IMG/VR virus record: IMGVR_UViG_3300009167_000001
DNA from: an uncultured virus (IMG/VR IMGVR_UViG_3300009167_000001)
Lineage: Duplodnaviria > Heunggongvirae > Uroviricota > Caudoviricetes
Reading direction: 5' to 3' (one strand)
DNA length: 64,000 nucleotides
Shown: piece by piece, positions 39,482 through 49,271 of the stretch
How the letters are laid out: each line of letters opens with the position of its first letter
How positions within the stretch are numbered: position 1 is the stretch's first letter
Translations under genes and position numbers: made by a program
Notes under the pieces: generated by a model
The model's database searches: none
Told to the model about the DNA's origin: nothing
What the model saw: only the letters and a program-made list of their open reading frames with translations

Positions 39482-41521
39482 ATGGAACTAGAGCTTAACA
39501 CTTGGTTTGTTAAGAAGACTCGATTGGGTTCTGTTTTTATAGATGGCGAGATTGAAAGACAAACTGAAAAAGCTATTCTATTTAATGGAACTGCTGTCAT
39601 AAAACCATCGAACATTTGTTGCTGTTGTGGTAGACTATTAACTGACCCTGTATCAATTGAATTAGGGATTGGTCCTATTTGTGCTGGTATAGACCAAAGA
39701 GATTCAATGACTCAGGAAGAAAAAGATGAGTATGTTAAAAAGTATAGTGCTGCTCATCATATTCAGTCTTGGATACCTAAATCAGCAATAATGAATAAAG
39801 AGGATATACCGCTGGAAGAGAAAAAGACAGAAATTGAAACTGAGCCTGATGTTCAGGTGATAGTTCATAAAGATAGCATACTCATAAAGAGCAAATATGA
39901 GTATGCTGATTTTTGTCGTTCTATTCCAGGTGGAAAATGGAACAAGGAAAGAAAGTTCTGGTATTATCCTTTTTCCAAAAGCACGGCTAAGGCAGTAATT
40001 GAAACTTTTGAGAGTGTAGAGAATAGAAGTATTTCTCAAGAAGTTATTGATGCTGCTGATGATTTGATAAAAGCTCAAGAGATTAAATCAGCAGATGAAT
40101 TGCCCGATATTCCCATAACTAAAAATGAACCGTGGCATCACCAGAAACAATGCTATTGGTTTTCAAAAGAATTGTCTGGTGCTGGTCTGTTAATGGATAT
40201 GGGAACTGGTAAGACTAAAGTTGCTATTGATTTGATAATTAACAGTGACGATAAAAAAGTTCTTATCATCTGCCCTGATAAAGTCGTTAGAGTATGGCCG
40301 AAAGAATTTGAAAAGCATTCTGATTCTGCTTTTGTAATTGTGCCATGTGAAGTTCGTGGTAAACGAATTTCTGTAGAAGAAAAAGCTGCTATAGCTAGGG
40401 CTGCTTATGAAGAAAATGAGCAAGTTGTTATAGTAGTTAACTATGAATCTGCATGGCGCAATTCTATGGGTAAATTTATCAAAGACAGTGTGTGGGATAG
40501 AATAATTCTTGATGAATCTCATAGAGCAAAGCAGTTTGATGGAAAAATTGGGAAGTTTGTTGGAGAGTTAAGTGCATGGAGAAGAAATATCTTAACTGGT
40601 ACTGTAATGCCTCATTCTCCAATGGACGTATTTTCTCAGTATAAATTTCTAGACCCTGGTGTATTTGGAACAAGTTATTATAAATTTCGTAATCGCTATG
40701 CTGTAATGGGTGGTTATATGGGAAAACAAATCATAGGATATCAGAATCAGGATGAAATGCATGACAAAATCTATTCGATTGCATTTCGTGTAACCAAAGA
40801 TATCCTTGATTTGCCAGAAGAAAACCATATAGTTCGTGACTTTGACCTCAATGATGAGGCTATATACTATTATAACCAAGCAAGAAGTGAAATGGGCATC
40901 CTCTTAGGTGATGCTAAAGTCAGAACTGATATAGTAATTGTTCAAATGCTAAGGATGCAGCAAATTACTTCTGGTTATCTGCCGATAATGGAAGAATATG
41001 AAGATGATGAAGGTAAAATTAGGCAGAGACTAGCGAGAACTGAAAGAATAGACTCTGGTAAAGCTGAACTACTTGAGGAAATTCTTGAAGACATTGATGA
41101 ACATGAGCCTGTTGTAGTCTTTTGTAGATTTCAGCATGACTTAGATGAAGTTAAAGCTGCTGCTGAAAGACTTAGCAGAACATATGGTGAGATTAGTGGC
41201 CGTAGTAAAACAGCTTTATCTGATAGAGCAGAATTGCAAGACGGAATTCAAATTGCTGGTGTTCAAATTCAAGCCGGTGGTGTAGGAATTGATTTGAGCA
41301 AAAGCCATTATGGTATCTATTATAGTGTTGGTTATAGCCTTGGTGATTACGAGCAATCATTAGCTCGTATTCATAGGCCAGGACAAACACAACCTGTAAT
41401 TTATTATCATCTGGTAGCTGCCGGTACAATTGACGAAGTAATCTATGGAAATCTCAAGAACAAAAAAGATGTGGTCAATTCCATCATGGAAACAAGGAAA
41501 CTAGAAGGGAATGAATACTGA
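39482..41521 (+). CDS. SNF2-family helicase with N-terminal Zn-finger (DUF6011-like) region
   Basis: MDMGTGKT, ILDESH, LTGT, QS.ARIHRPGQ; N-terminal C..CGR.LTDP.S...GIGPIC. Confidence 0.9.
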   Translation: MELELNTWFVKKTRLGSVFIDGEIERQTEKAILFNGTAVIKPSNICCCCGRLLTDPVSIELGIGPICAGIDQRDSMTQEEKDEYVKKYSAAHHIQSWIPKSAIMNKEDIPLEEKKTEIETEPDVQVIVHKDSILIKSKYEYADFCRSIPGGKWNKERKFWYYPFSKSTAKAVIETFESVENRSISQEVIDAADDLIKAQEIKSADELPDIPITKNEPWHHQKQCYWFSKELSGAGLLMDMGTGKTKVAIDLIINSDDKKVLIICPDKVVRVWPKEFEKHSDSAFVIVPCEVRGKRISVEEKAAIARAAYEENEQVVIVVNYESAWRNSMGKFIKDSVWDRIILDESHRAKQFDGKIGKFVGELSAWRRNILTGTVMPHSPMDVFSQYKFLDPGVFGTSYYKFRNRYAVMGGYMGKQIIGYQNQDEMHDKIYSIAFRVTKDILDLPEENHIVRDFDLNDEAIYYYNQARSEMGILLGDAKVRTDIVIVQMLRMQQITSGYLPIMEEYEDDEGKIRQRLARTERIDSGKAELLEEILEDIDEHEPVVVFCRFQHDLDEVKAAAERLSRTYGEISGRSKTALSDRAELQDGIQIAGVQIQAGGVGIDLSKSHYGIYYSVGYSLGDYEQSLARIHRPGQTQPVIYYHLVAAGTIDEVIYGNLKNKKDVVNSIMETRKLEGNEY

Positions 41522-41963
41522 TGAAACAAAAAATCGGAGATAATACACTTACCCTTCTAGAAAAAGAAGATAAGTGTAAATGTGGAAGTAGAACGTTTGA
41601 TATAGTACACGGATTAACTGTTGTTGATACTCAAGATATAGAACATGAAGTTGTTGTATGTCTTGAGTGTGGCACTATGTATGTGACGCAATAATAAGGA
41701 GTATGTAGTAATGGAAGATATAGAAGATACTTTCTGGCAGGAATATAGGTATGGAAAATCATTGAGTATTAGACATACTGGATATGGTGATACTCATGTA
41801 ATTGCAAGAACTGATTATGATACAGAATGTGATGCAGAAAGACGAGTAATAAATATGGAAACCTATTCAGTTAGTGGACCTTTTGCCTTAGCAAAGGCAA
41901 ATGAAGTCTTCAAGGAATGGCTTGCATTAGAATTGGACTTGAGTGTAAATAAATAGTAACGCC

Positions 41964-42040
41964 GTGGCCGTAGTTCAAATGGTTCAAGAACGATAGGTCG
42001 TGACCCTATCTAAATGTGGGTTCAAATCCCATCGGCCACT
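41964..42040 (+). tRNA. tRNA-His(GUG) lacking encoded G-1
   Basis: GTGGCCG/CGGCCAC; ATAGG-TCGTGAC-CCTAT; preceded by C, discriminator U. Confidence 0.82.
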
Positions 42041-42328
42041 TTAGTCTAGTAAAGGAAAGAAAATGAATTGTGCAGAATGTGGGATAGAATTGAAACCCGT
42101 TTGTGGTGAACCAACAGATTATCAATTTGAACACGCTCTTTGGATTGAATTATGGGGCGGCTATGATATGTTTATTGATAATACTGGGCCATTTCATGAG
42201 GAAGTTAAAGCAGTTTTGTGTAGAGACTGTGCTTCTAAATTCATGGAAGAAAACAAATGGGCATGGAATTTGCTGAAAGGTATAACCATTATTGATGCTG
42301 AAATAGCCTGGAAGAAACAAGGAGAGAA

Positions 42329-42826
42329 ATGAAAAGATGGGTAGTAGCTGATACTCATTTCGGCCATGCCAATATAATTGAATATTGTAGTAGACCATTT
42401 TCTTCTGTAGAAGAGATGGATGAAGTTCTGATTTATAATTGGAACTCTGTAGTAGAGAAAAAAGATTTGGTCTATCATCTAGGCGATTTTGCTTTTGGAA
42501 AAGGTTCCAAACAAAAGATTGCTGATTATAGAGCAAAACTCAATGGTCAGATTTTCCTTTTTAGAGGAAATCATGATAGAGAAACCAAAACTTGGTACAA
42601 CAGAATGGGATTTGATTTTGTAGCTGGTGGAGATTATTGGATTTATGAACCTAATGTTCTTCTATCACACAAACCATATCCTATAAGAGTACCTATGATA
42701 AACATTCATGGGCATACTCACAATCTAATGCACCTTGTTGAATCCAATCTCTATTATTGTGTTTCAGTAGAGCAAATAAACTACACTCCAATAGACCTTG
42801 ATGAACTAATAAGGAGTCTTAGATGA
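42329..42826 (+). CDS. Metallophosphoesterase, phage type
   Basis: ADTHFGH.NII, YHLGDF, RGNHD, LSH.P, IHGHTH. Confidence 0.85.
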   Translation: MKRWVVADTHFGHANIIEYCSRPFSSVEEMDEVLIYNWNSVVEKKDLVYHLGDFAFGKGSKQKIADYRAKLNGQIFLFRGNHDRETKTWYNRMGFDFVAGGDYWIYEPNVLLSHKPYPIRVPMINIHGHTHNLMHLVESNLYYCVSVEQINYTPIDLDELIRSLR

Positions 42827-43434
42827 AATGCTTTAGGAAAAAAACCCCTAAACAAATAACCAAAGACCCAAAAGAATGTGAACATGATTGGTCTGAGTGG
42901 ATTCATTATAGAGATGGGTTTGAAAGAAGTCTTTTTGGTGGATGGGCTATAGTATGGCAAATCCGTAGATGTAAGAAATGTGGTTTTGAACAGCTATATA
43001 GAACCACACTTTAAGGAGTCTCAGATGGAATTTGATTTCGGAGATATGGTGGAAGTTGTTAAAACTTCGGCTTATACAAGTGAGTATCATAGAGCAGTTG
43101 GTCATTATGGAGTAATAGTAGGAATTAGTATCTCACACCAATTTTGGCAGGTAATGTTTTGGAATGGTAACTATCCTTTACATTTCAAAATAGAAGAATT
43201 AAGGAAGGTAGAGAGGAAGTCTTAGATGATGGAATACTATGAAGCTGGTTTAGGATTCCTATTGTATATTGGACTACTTTGTATTTGGTGGCGCAGAGCA
43301 ATAGATAGGGGTGAGTTTGATTGATAGCGATAATTTTCATAGGAACTTTGATTGTTGTCTCAAGCATTTGGTGTTATTACTCGATAAAACATCAAAGTAA
43401 CCATAAAGCCTCTAAGGATTTGTGGTAATATCAC

Positions 43435-43505
43435 AGTAGATTAGTGTAATGGCAGCACAAGAGATTCCAAACCTCTTAGTAAGGGTTCAAATCCTTTATC
43501 TACTG
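43435..43505 (+). tRNA. tRNA-Trp(CCA)
   Basis: AGTAGAT/ATCTACT; loop TTCCAAA; G73. Confidence 0.85.
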
Positions 43506-43629
43506 CTTAGGGATTTACTGAGGGAAATGAGCTTAGTAGATTGGTGGAGTGGATGCGTAGGCTTGAAACTAATTGGTAAGCAAATTAGTTAATAGTATGA
43601 CAGACGCAGGTAAGTAAATCTCTTATTTT

Positions 43630-43716
43630 GCTAGGGTGGCAGAATTGGTTATTGCACTCGGCTGTAACCCGACAGTATGCATTAAGGCATTGGTGGTTCG
43701 AATCCATCCCCTAGCA
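43630..43716 (+). tRNA. tRNA-Tyr(GUA)
   Basis: Loop CTGTAAC; long V arm; A73. Confidence 0.88.
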
Positions 43717-43932
43717 CCTAAGTAAAAGAAAGGAGTTGCTTGTGACCGAGGAACAGGAACATTTGCTTGAAGAATTTGAAAAAGCAAGAAAAGAACTTTA
43801 TGCTAATACCAAGGATGGCAAACAGTTTCATAGATTTGAAACTTTATATGGATTGGCATATAGAAAATTAGTCAACGCTGGATTGAAACCTAAACTGAGG
43901 CTTAAACATAGGCCGATGTATTAAGGTTAATT

Positions 43933-44008
43933 GGGGGTGGATGGGCTTCGACTATTACTAAGCCGAAAGGAATGTAATAGGACTCGGGTTCAAATCCCGA
44001 CACCTCCA
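43933..44008 (+). ncRNA. Minimal tmRNA-like RNA: tRNA-like domain only, no tag reading frame
   Basis: GGGGGTG/CACCTCC-A acceptor with G3:U70; 5' ...TTCGAC; helix CTATTAC/GTAATAG; GAC then T arm TCGGG-TTCAAAT-CCCGA. Confidence 0.75.
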
Positions 44009-44886
44009 CTCTTCCAAAAACAAAAAAGGAGAAGAAATGGAAGACGAGCATTTCAAATCATTTGACAACACCGAAGATATGTTTGCTTATCTGGAAGAAC
44101 AGCAGAAGATAGCTAAGGAATTAGCTGACCAATATAATGCTAAGGAAATAATTCCTAAGTATAAGTATTGGGCTACTGATGAACCAACTATTGATTTGGT
44201 TATTGTTGGAAAAAGATGGGAATTACCTGCTAATCCATCTGATGATGACTTTGAAGATGAAGCAGCAACAAATGAAGCGATGGAAAGTGGTTGGATATTT
44301 GCTAAATGGTATTCATTTGCTTGCCCTGAAGGTGAGCTTGGGGATAATCATATTAGTAGATGCTATCCAATTCCAGAGTTTATTTTCTACTTCTGTCTTG
44401 ACCATATTCAAGGAGAATGTGGATGATTAAGGTATATGAATATGGTCCTGATGATTGCGAGCCACCTGAACCTGGAAAACATTGGCTTTCAATTGAAGAC
44501 GAGCATCCTGCTGGAAAAGAATATTGTGTTATTGTAGTAAGAGAGCCTTATAAAATAACACAAGAGCATTGGGATAGAGCTAATTATATTGCTAAATGCC
44601 TTGAAGAGAGGATTTAATGGATATTCGTTGCCCAATATGTGGAGAACCGTGGGATATGGATGAATTACATGAACTAATCCCTGATGAATGTGAAGACTAT
44701 CATAAAGCTGTAAGCCTTTTCCGAAATAAAGGTTGTGAAGTATTTGGTAGCAAACATGCTGAATTTGAACATGGAGACGCAGCACTATTATCTAGTGTAT
44801 TGTTTGATATACTGGGTGATGATGTTGATGGTATTGCATCTGAACTTGATGATGCTGAATATCTAGGACTTATTTAAGTCCTACTT

Positions 44887-44971
44887 GCGCCTGTAACTCA
44901 ATGGTTGCCGAAAGGCTATAGAGTAACGGACTTTTAATCCGTAAATTCGGGTTCGAATCCCGGCAGGCGTA
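44887..44971 (+). tRNA. tRNA-Lys(UUU) with a hairpin inserted in the D loop
   Basis: ACGGA-CTTTTAA-TCCGT; GCC-GAAA-GGC inside the D loop. Confidence 0.85.
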
Positions 44972-45151
44972 TTAGAGTATAGGCTGTATCCTGAAATACT
45001 GAAACACATTCTATGAGGCTAATAGATAGGTATTGAGGATAGATAAAAGGGCTAACCTGGGTTAATGAACAGCAGCTTATAAGAGTTATTTGTGTGTACA
45101 GCATTAACTCTTGAGTCTCAAATGAAAACTTTGGCTATGCTCTACGTTTTT

Positions 45152-45228
45152 CCGTATGTATCCCCTCAGTCTTCTAAACTGATGAAAGGGTAATTGGACA
45201 CATGGGAGTTCGAATCTCCCCATACGGA
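45152..45228 (+). tRNA. tRNA-Arg(UCU)-like RNA lacking a canonical D arm
   Basis: CCGTATG/CATACGG acceptor; TCAGT-CTTCTAA-ACTGA; GGGAG-TTCGAAT-CTCCC. Confidence 0.65.
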
Positions 45229-45978
45229 CTTAAACAAAATGAAAGGGGGTGATTAAATGAAAAAGCTCTGGAAAGTAGAAATTGATGGTCAAGAAAGAAC
45301 TATCGCTTTGGTATCTAAGTATGGTTATCTTTCTCTACCAATAGGTACAGTAATGTATTCTCTTAATGGAGAAAAATTTGTAGTTGGAGAAGATGAACCA
45401 GACCAAAATTACCATCTTGAGGGTTATTTACCCTATGGTATCTTGGAAGAAGAGGTTTAATGAAATGCCCGTTTAAAGTCAATGAATTTGTTATTGTAAA
45501 GGGCTATTCTAAAGATGACCCTAATTACAAGGCGAGAGTGGCTACAATTTATCCAGAGGAAGATAAAATCTGGATAGCAAATCTTAATATGCCGTTCTAT
45601 GGTACTATTTCTGAGATTGTGCCTTATGATGCAGTAGAGAAGGTGAAATAATATGAAAGATTGCTCCAATTGTCAAATTGGACCTTATGGTGGCTGTATA
45701 GATATCAATAGACCAGATATTAAATGCTCCATACATGCTTTAGTTGATAGAATAGGTGTTTGGGATTTAGCGCATGGTAAAAGGTTCTATTGTTCAGCTT
45801 ATCATAAGCATGATACTCCTTATGAAAGTGATAAAACAGTTACATTAGAGTTTATGTGTTGGTGGGGAACGCACGAAGTTACTTATAAAGAAGAAGACTT
45901 CTTCTTTATTCCATCCTCTAAAGATGGAGAAGATGATGCCATAGTCACAATAAAGGAAATAAAAGAAGGTGATTAAAC

Positions 45979-47031
45979 TTGATTGAAGAAGTGATTGAAG
46001 AAGTCACTAAGATAATCTCTCCAATTTATCTTGTTGGTGGCGCTGTAAGAGACTATATCATGGATAAGGAAGTAGATGATTTTGATTTCACTACTCCCCA
46101 TGAGCCTGATGTAGTTGAAACAATACTAAAAGAGAAAAACCCCGGAAGATGGGTTGGCACTACTGGTAAAAGCAAGGGTACGATAGGTACTAAAATCTAT
46201 CTACCTAAAAACGATTGCTTTGTCAAAATAGAAATCACCACGTTTCGTGATGAAGAATATGAAGAAAACAGTAGAAAGCCTAAAGTGACGTTTGTTAAAT
46301 CTCTAGAACAGGATTTGATTCGTAGAGATTTTACCATGAACGCCATTGTAATCCGTCTGAAAAAGGGTCATTTTCATTTCATAGACCCTGTTAATGGTAT
46401 GGATGATATTGAGAATAAAATCATTCGTGGTGTTGGCAGTTCTAAACAAAGATTTAAAGATGACCCTGTAAGAATGCTTAGAGCCGCTAGATTTGCTTCT
46501 ACTCTTGGTTTTGAAGTTGAAGAAATGACTAGGAAAAGAGTAGCAGATTGCGCTCCTAGACTTCTTATAACATCAAAAGAAAGATGGATGATAGAACTTG
46601 ACAAACTTCTAATGGGTGATTATGTAGCTGAAGGTCTTAATATTCTTGCAGAAACAAGGCTTCTAAACTATATGATTCCTGAACTAGCTCTACAGGTTGA
46701 TTATGACCAAATGACTCCATATCATGACTTTACTCTTTGGGAACATACTGTAAAAGTTGTTGAAGCAGTACCTAAAGATATTGATTTGAAATGGGCTGCT
46801 CTGCTTCACGATGTTGGTAAGCCTTTTGTTGGTAAAATAAAGCACAACAACCCTGAACAGAAAACTTATGTTGGTCATGAGCTTGTTGGTGTGGAGATTA
46901 CCACCAAAATTGGTAGATATCTGAGATGGAAAAATGATAGGATACAAACCGTTTCAGAAATGGTTGGTGGTCATCTAACTGATAGTAGTGTGTTGAAAGG
47001 CTATGATTCAGGCGCACAGAAAAGAGAATGA
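45979..47031 (+). CDS. cca: Class II tRNA nucleotidyltransferase (CCA-adding enzyme family) with HD region
   Basis: YLVGGAVRD, D.DFTT, EITTFR, DL.RRDFT.NA, RF.DDP.RMLRA.RF, AALLHDVGKP. Confidence 0.92.
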   Translation: MIEEVIEEVTKIISPIYLVGGAVRDYIMDKEVDDFDFTTPHEPDVVETILKEKNPGRWVGTTGKSKGTIGTKIYLPKNDCFVKIEITTFRDEEYEENSRKPKVTFVKSLEQDLIRRDFTMNAIVIRLKKGHFHFIDPVNGMDDIENKIIRGVGSSKQRFKDDPVRMLRAARFASTLGFEVEEMTRKRVADCAPRLLITSKERWMIELDKLLMGDYVAEGLNILAETRLLNYMIPELALQVDYDQMTPYHDFTLWEHTVKVVEAVPKDIDLKWAALLHDVGKPFVGKIKHNNPEQKTYVGHELVGVEITTKIGRYLRWKNDRIQTVSEMVGGHLTDSSVLKGYDSGAQKRE

Positions 47032-47811
47032 GTTTTGGGTATTCTCATTAAAAATACCCACCTTTAAATCTAGAAGGAGTTATAATGAAACATTCCGTTG
47101 AATGTATTAAGCTTTTTAAGGAATGGGAAGAAAAATACCCTAACTATTGCAGAAATTGTAATGGTGCTGGTGGCTTTTATTTTTCTGGAACTCGCTGGAT
47201 TCCTCCAGATTTTGCAGAATGTGATGAATGTATAGGCCAAGGCAAATGCCCATTATGTGGAGAAAAAATAGGAGAAGGAATTCCTCTTGATTGTTTCCTA
47301 GATGAAACTATTCTTCCTTGTGGGCATACATATGAAAATCCAGAAGCTCCATATTGTATCTGCGAAGGCGAACCTATCTGTCCTAATGATAGTCACTTGA
47401 TGAAATACAAAGAAACTGTTTGGATTGATGGTATGTATGAAGTCCAAATTTTTATTTGTCCTGAGTGTGGAGAAGAAGTAAGATGGTAAAAGATTGGGGA
47501 AACCCATATTGGGGAGATAATGTTCCTTGTGATGTTCCAGCACCAGAAGATGTAATAGTAGAACATTATTGCCCTGAATGTTTTGCAACATGGAGAGTCA
47601 TAATGGATTATGAGCTTGGTTCATATTTCTACTATGATGAAGATAATGACCCTTATTGTCCATTATGTGGGTGTCTTGGAACGACCTCTTAATCTAAGGA
47701 GAATAGGATGGAATGGGATTGGACAAATGCTCTCGCCATAGCTATGATGTTTGTAGCTATCTTGATATCAAACTATGTTCGCAAAAAACTGGATAAAAAT
47801 GAAGGAGAGAA

Positions 47812-48474
47812 ATGAAAGCGTACTTTGAAGAAGGTGGCTACGAGATGGAATTGGATGAACATTATTGTGATGAAGGTGGTCATTATCATCCTGAATGTGC
47901 GCCTGATGGTAGAGATTTATATGATGCCTATGTAGAACGCACAGTGATTCCATCATTTAATGATAAATTTAGACTTGAAGACCTTCAAAATATTATAGAA
48001 GAAACAGAAGTATATCTATCACGAAGAATTGATTATCTCGATGAAAGAATAGAAGCTCTAGAAGCTAAAATTGATGACCATGACCATGCTTTTAGTGACC
48101 AATGTGAGAGAATAGACTTGATTGAACAGACTCTTGTTGACCATGTATTTCCTTTTAAGTTTATTACTCCTGATGACTATGATACTCAATGCCAAGTAGA
48201 AGAAGATTGGAGAGCATATAGTGAAGATTGGGATAGACCTGATACTGATGATTGCATGAATTGTAATCTTACTACTTGTGACGATTGCTATTACTTAAAA
48301 GAAAAGGAGCCAATATTCTTAGAAGATGAGCCTCAAGAAGAATTGCCGCCTGATTTTTGGGAAAATGGTTATCCACAACGTACTACATTAACATATTTAG
48401 TTCATGGAGTGCAAGTTACAACGGTTTTTCCTACTCTTGAAGAAGCTCTTAAATATGTGGAGACTATGAGATGA
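47812..48474 (+). CDS. Acidic hypothetical protein with coiled coil and Cys cluster
   Basis: 220 aa, very D/E-rich; CMNCNLTTCDDC. Confidence 0.5.
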   Translation: MKAYFEEGGYEMELDEHYCDEGGHYHPECAPDGRDLYDAYVERTVIPSFNDKFRLEDLQNIIEETEVYLSRRIDYLDERIEALEAKIDDHDHAFSDQCERIDLIEQTLVDHVFPFKFITPDDYDTQCQVEEDWRAYSEDWDRPDTDDCMNCNLTTCDDCYYLKEKEPIFLEDEPQEELPPDFWENGYPQRTTLTYLVHGVQVTTVFPTLEEALKYVETMR

Positions 48475-48963
48475 TAAAACATTATGTAGAGTTCCTTTAT
48501 CCAGGAATTTTCTTTCCAGAATCTTCAACCAAAGAAATAACTGAAGAAAAACCCTTCAATGGAAAATTTCCAAAGGGTTGCTATTGCTATTCCTTTTTCG
48601 ACGTAGAAGAAGTTGAAGGTGAGCATGGAAAACTTTGTGGAAATGCCTTCAATAAATCTGGAAGATATTATAGGGGTGGTCAAGTCTACACAACAGAAGA
48701 ACTTGAAGAGCTATTTCCCGAAGAAAGAATTCTAATTTCAAACTGTCGTAATAATGGTGGCAGAGTTGTAAAGACTAAGATAGGAAATTGGCAACCATTT
48801 ACTGACAAGGATACTCTTGTCATTGAATAAGGTCCATTAGCTAATGGAAAGGAGAAATCTGGATGACTGGAAGAAGTCCTCCGATTAAAAAAGCCCTGTA
48901 AAACTCTACTTTTGTGTATATATATGCATTGTAATGTATAATCTTTTCAAAGGAGAAAAGATA

Positions 48964-49197
48964 ATGGCTGAATTTGTTACTTTCAATCTTGCTGTACAGG
49001 GTGAGCCTGTTCGTCCGTGCGAAGTTCCTGCTGGAACAACTGTAGGTGATATGAAGATTATCAAAGGTCTTGACCTTGATTTGGAATTTCGTCTTCATAG
49101 TGAACCTATTGATGACGATTTTGAACTTGATGACTACAGCATTGGCTGTGGTGATTATCTGATTGGCACTAAAGATGCCAAAGGTGCTGCTGTTTAG
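48964..49197 (+). CDS. Ubiquitin-like (beta-grasp) protein
   Basis: 77 aa; 'EVPAGTTVGD', 'FRL...', 'GDYL', C-terminal KGAAV; AAGGAG SD; first gene of the E2/JAB/E1 cluster. Confidence 0.75.
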   Translation: MAEFVTFNLAVQGEPVRPCEVPAGTTVGDMKIIKGLDLDLEFRLHSEPIDDDFELDDYSIGCGDYLIGTKDAKGAAV

Positions 49198-49207
49198 CAT
49201 CTAAACT

Positions 49208-49249
49208 GAGGGAGAGATGAGGATTTATTTCCTTGTCTCTCCCTCTTTT
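49208..49249 (+). terminator. Intrinsic terminator between the Ubl and E2 genes
   Basis: GAGGGAGAGA/TCTCTCCCTC stem followed by TTTT. Confidence 0.7.
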
Positions 49250-49271
49250 CTTGTTTCTAAGGAGAAAAAAG

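Noticed and set aside
45178..45200. Hammerhead ribozyme core CTGATGA
   Set aside because: It overlaps the tRNA-like anticodon stem, and no stem II plus GAAA with matching arms follows
48831..48900. tRNA-like start GGTCCATTAGCTAATGG
   Set aside because: No anticodon arm, T arm or acceptor complement; only a short palindrome
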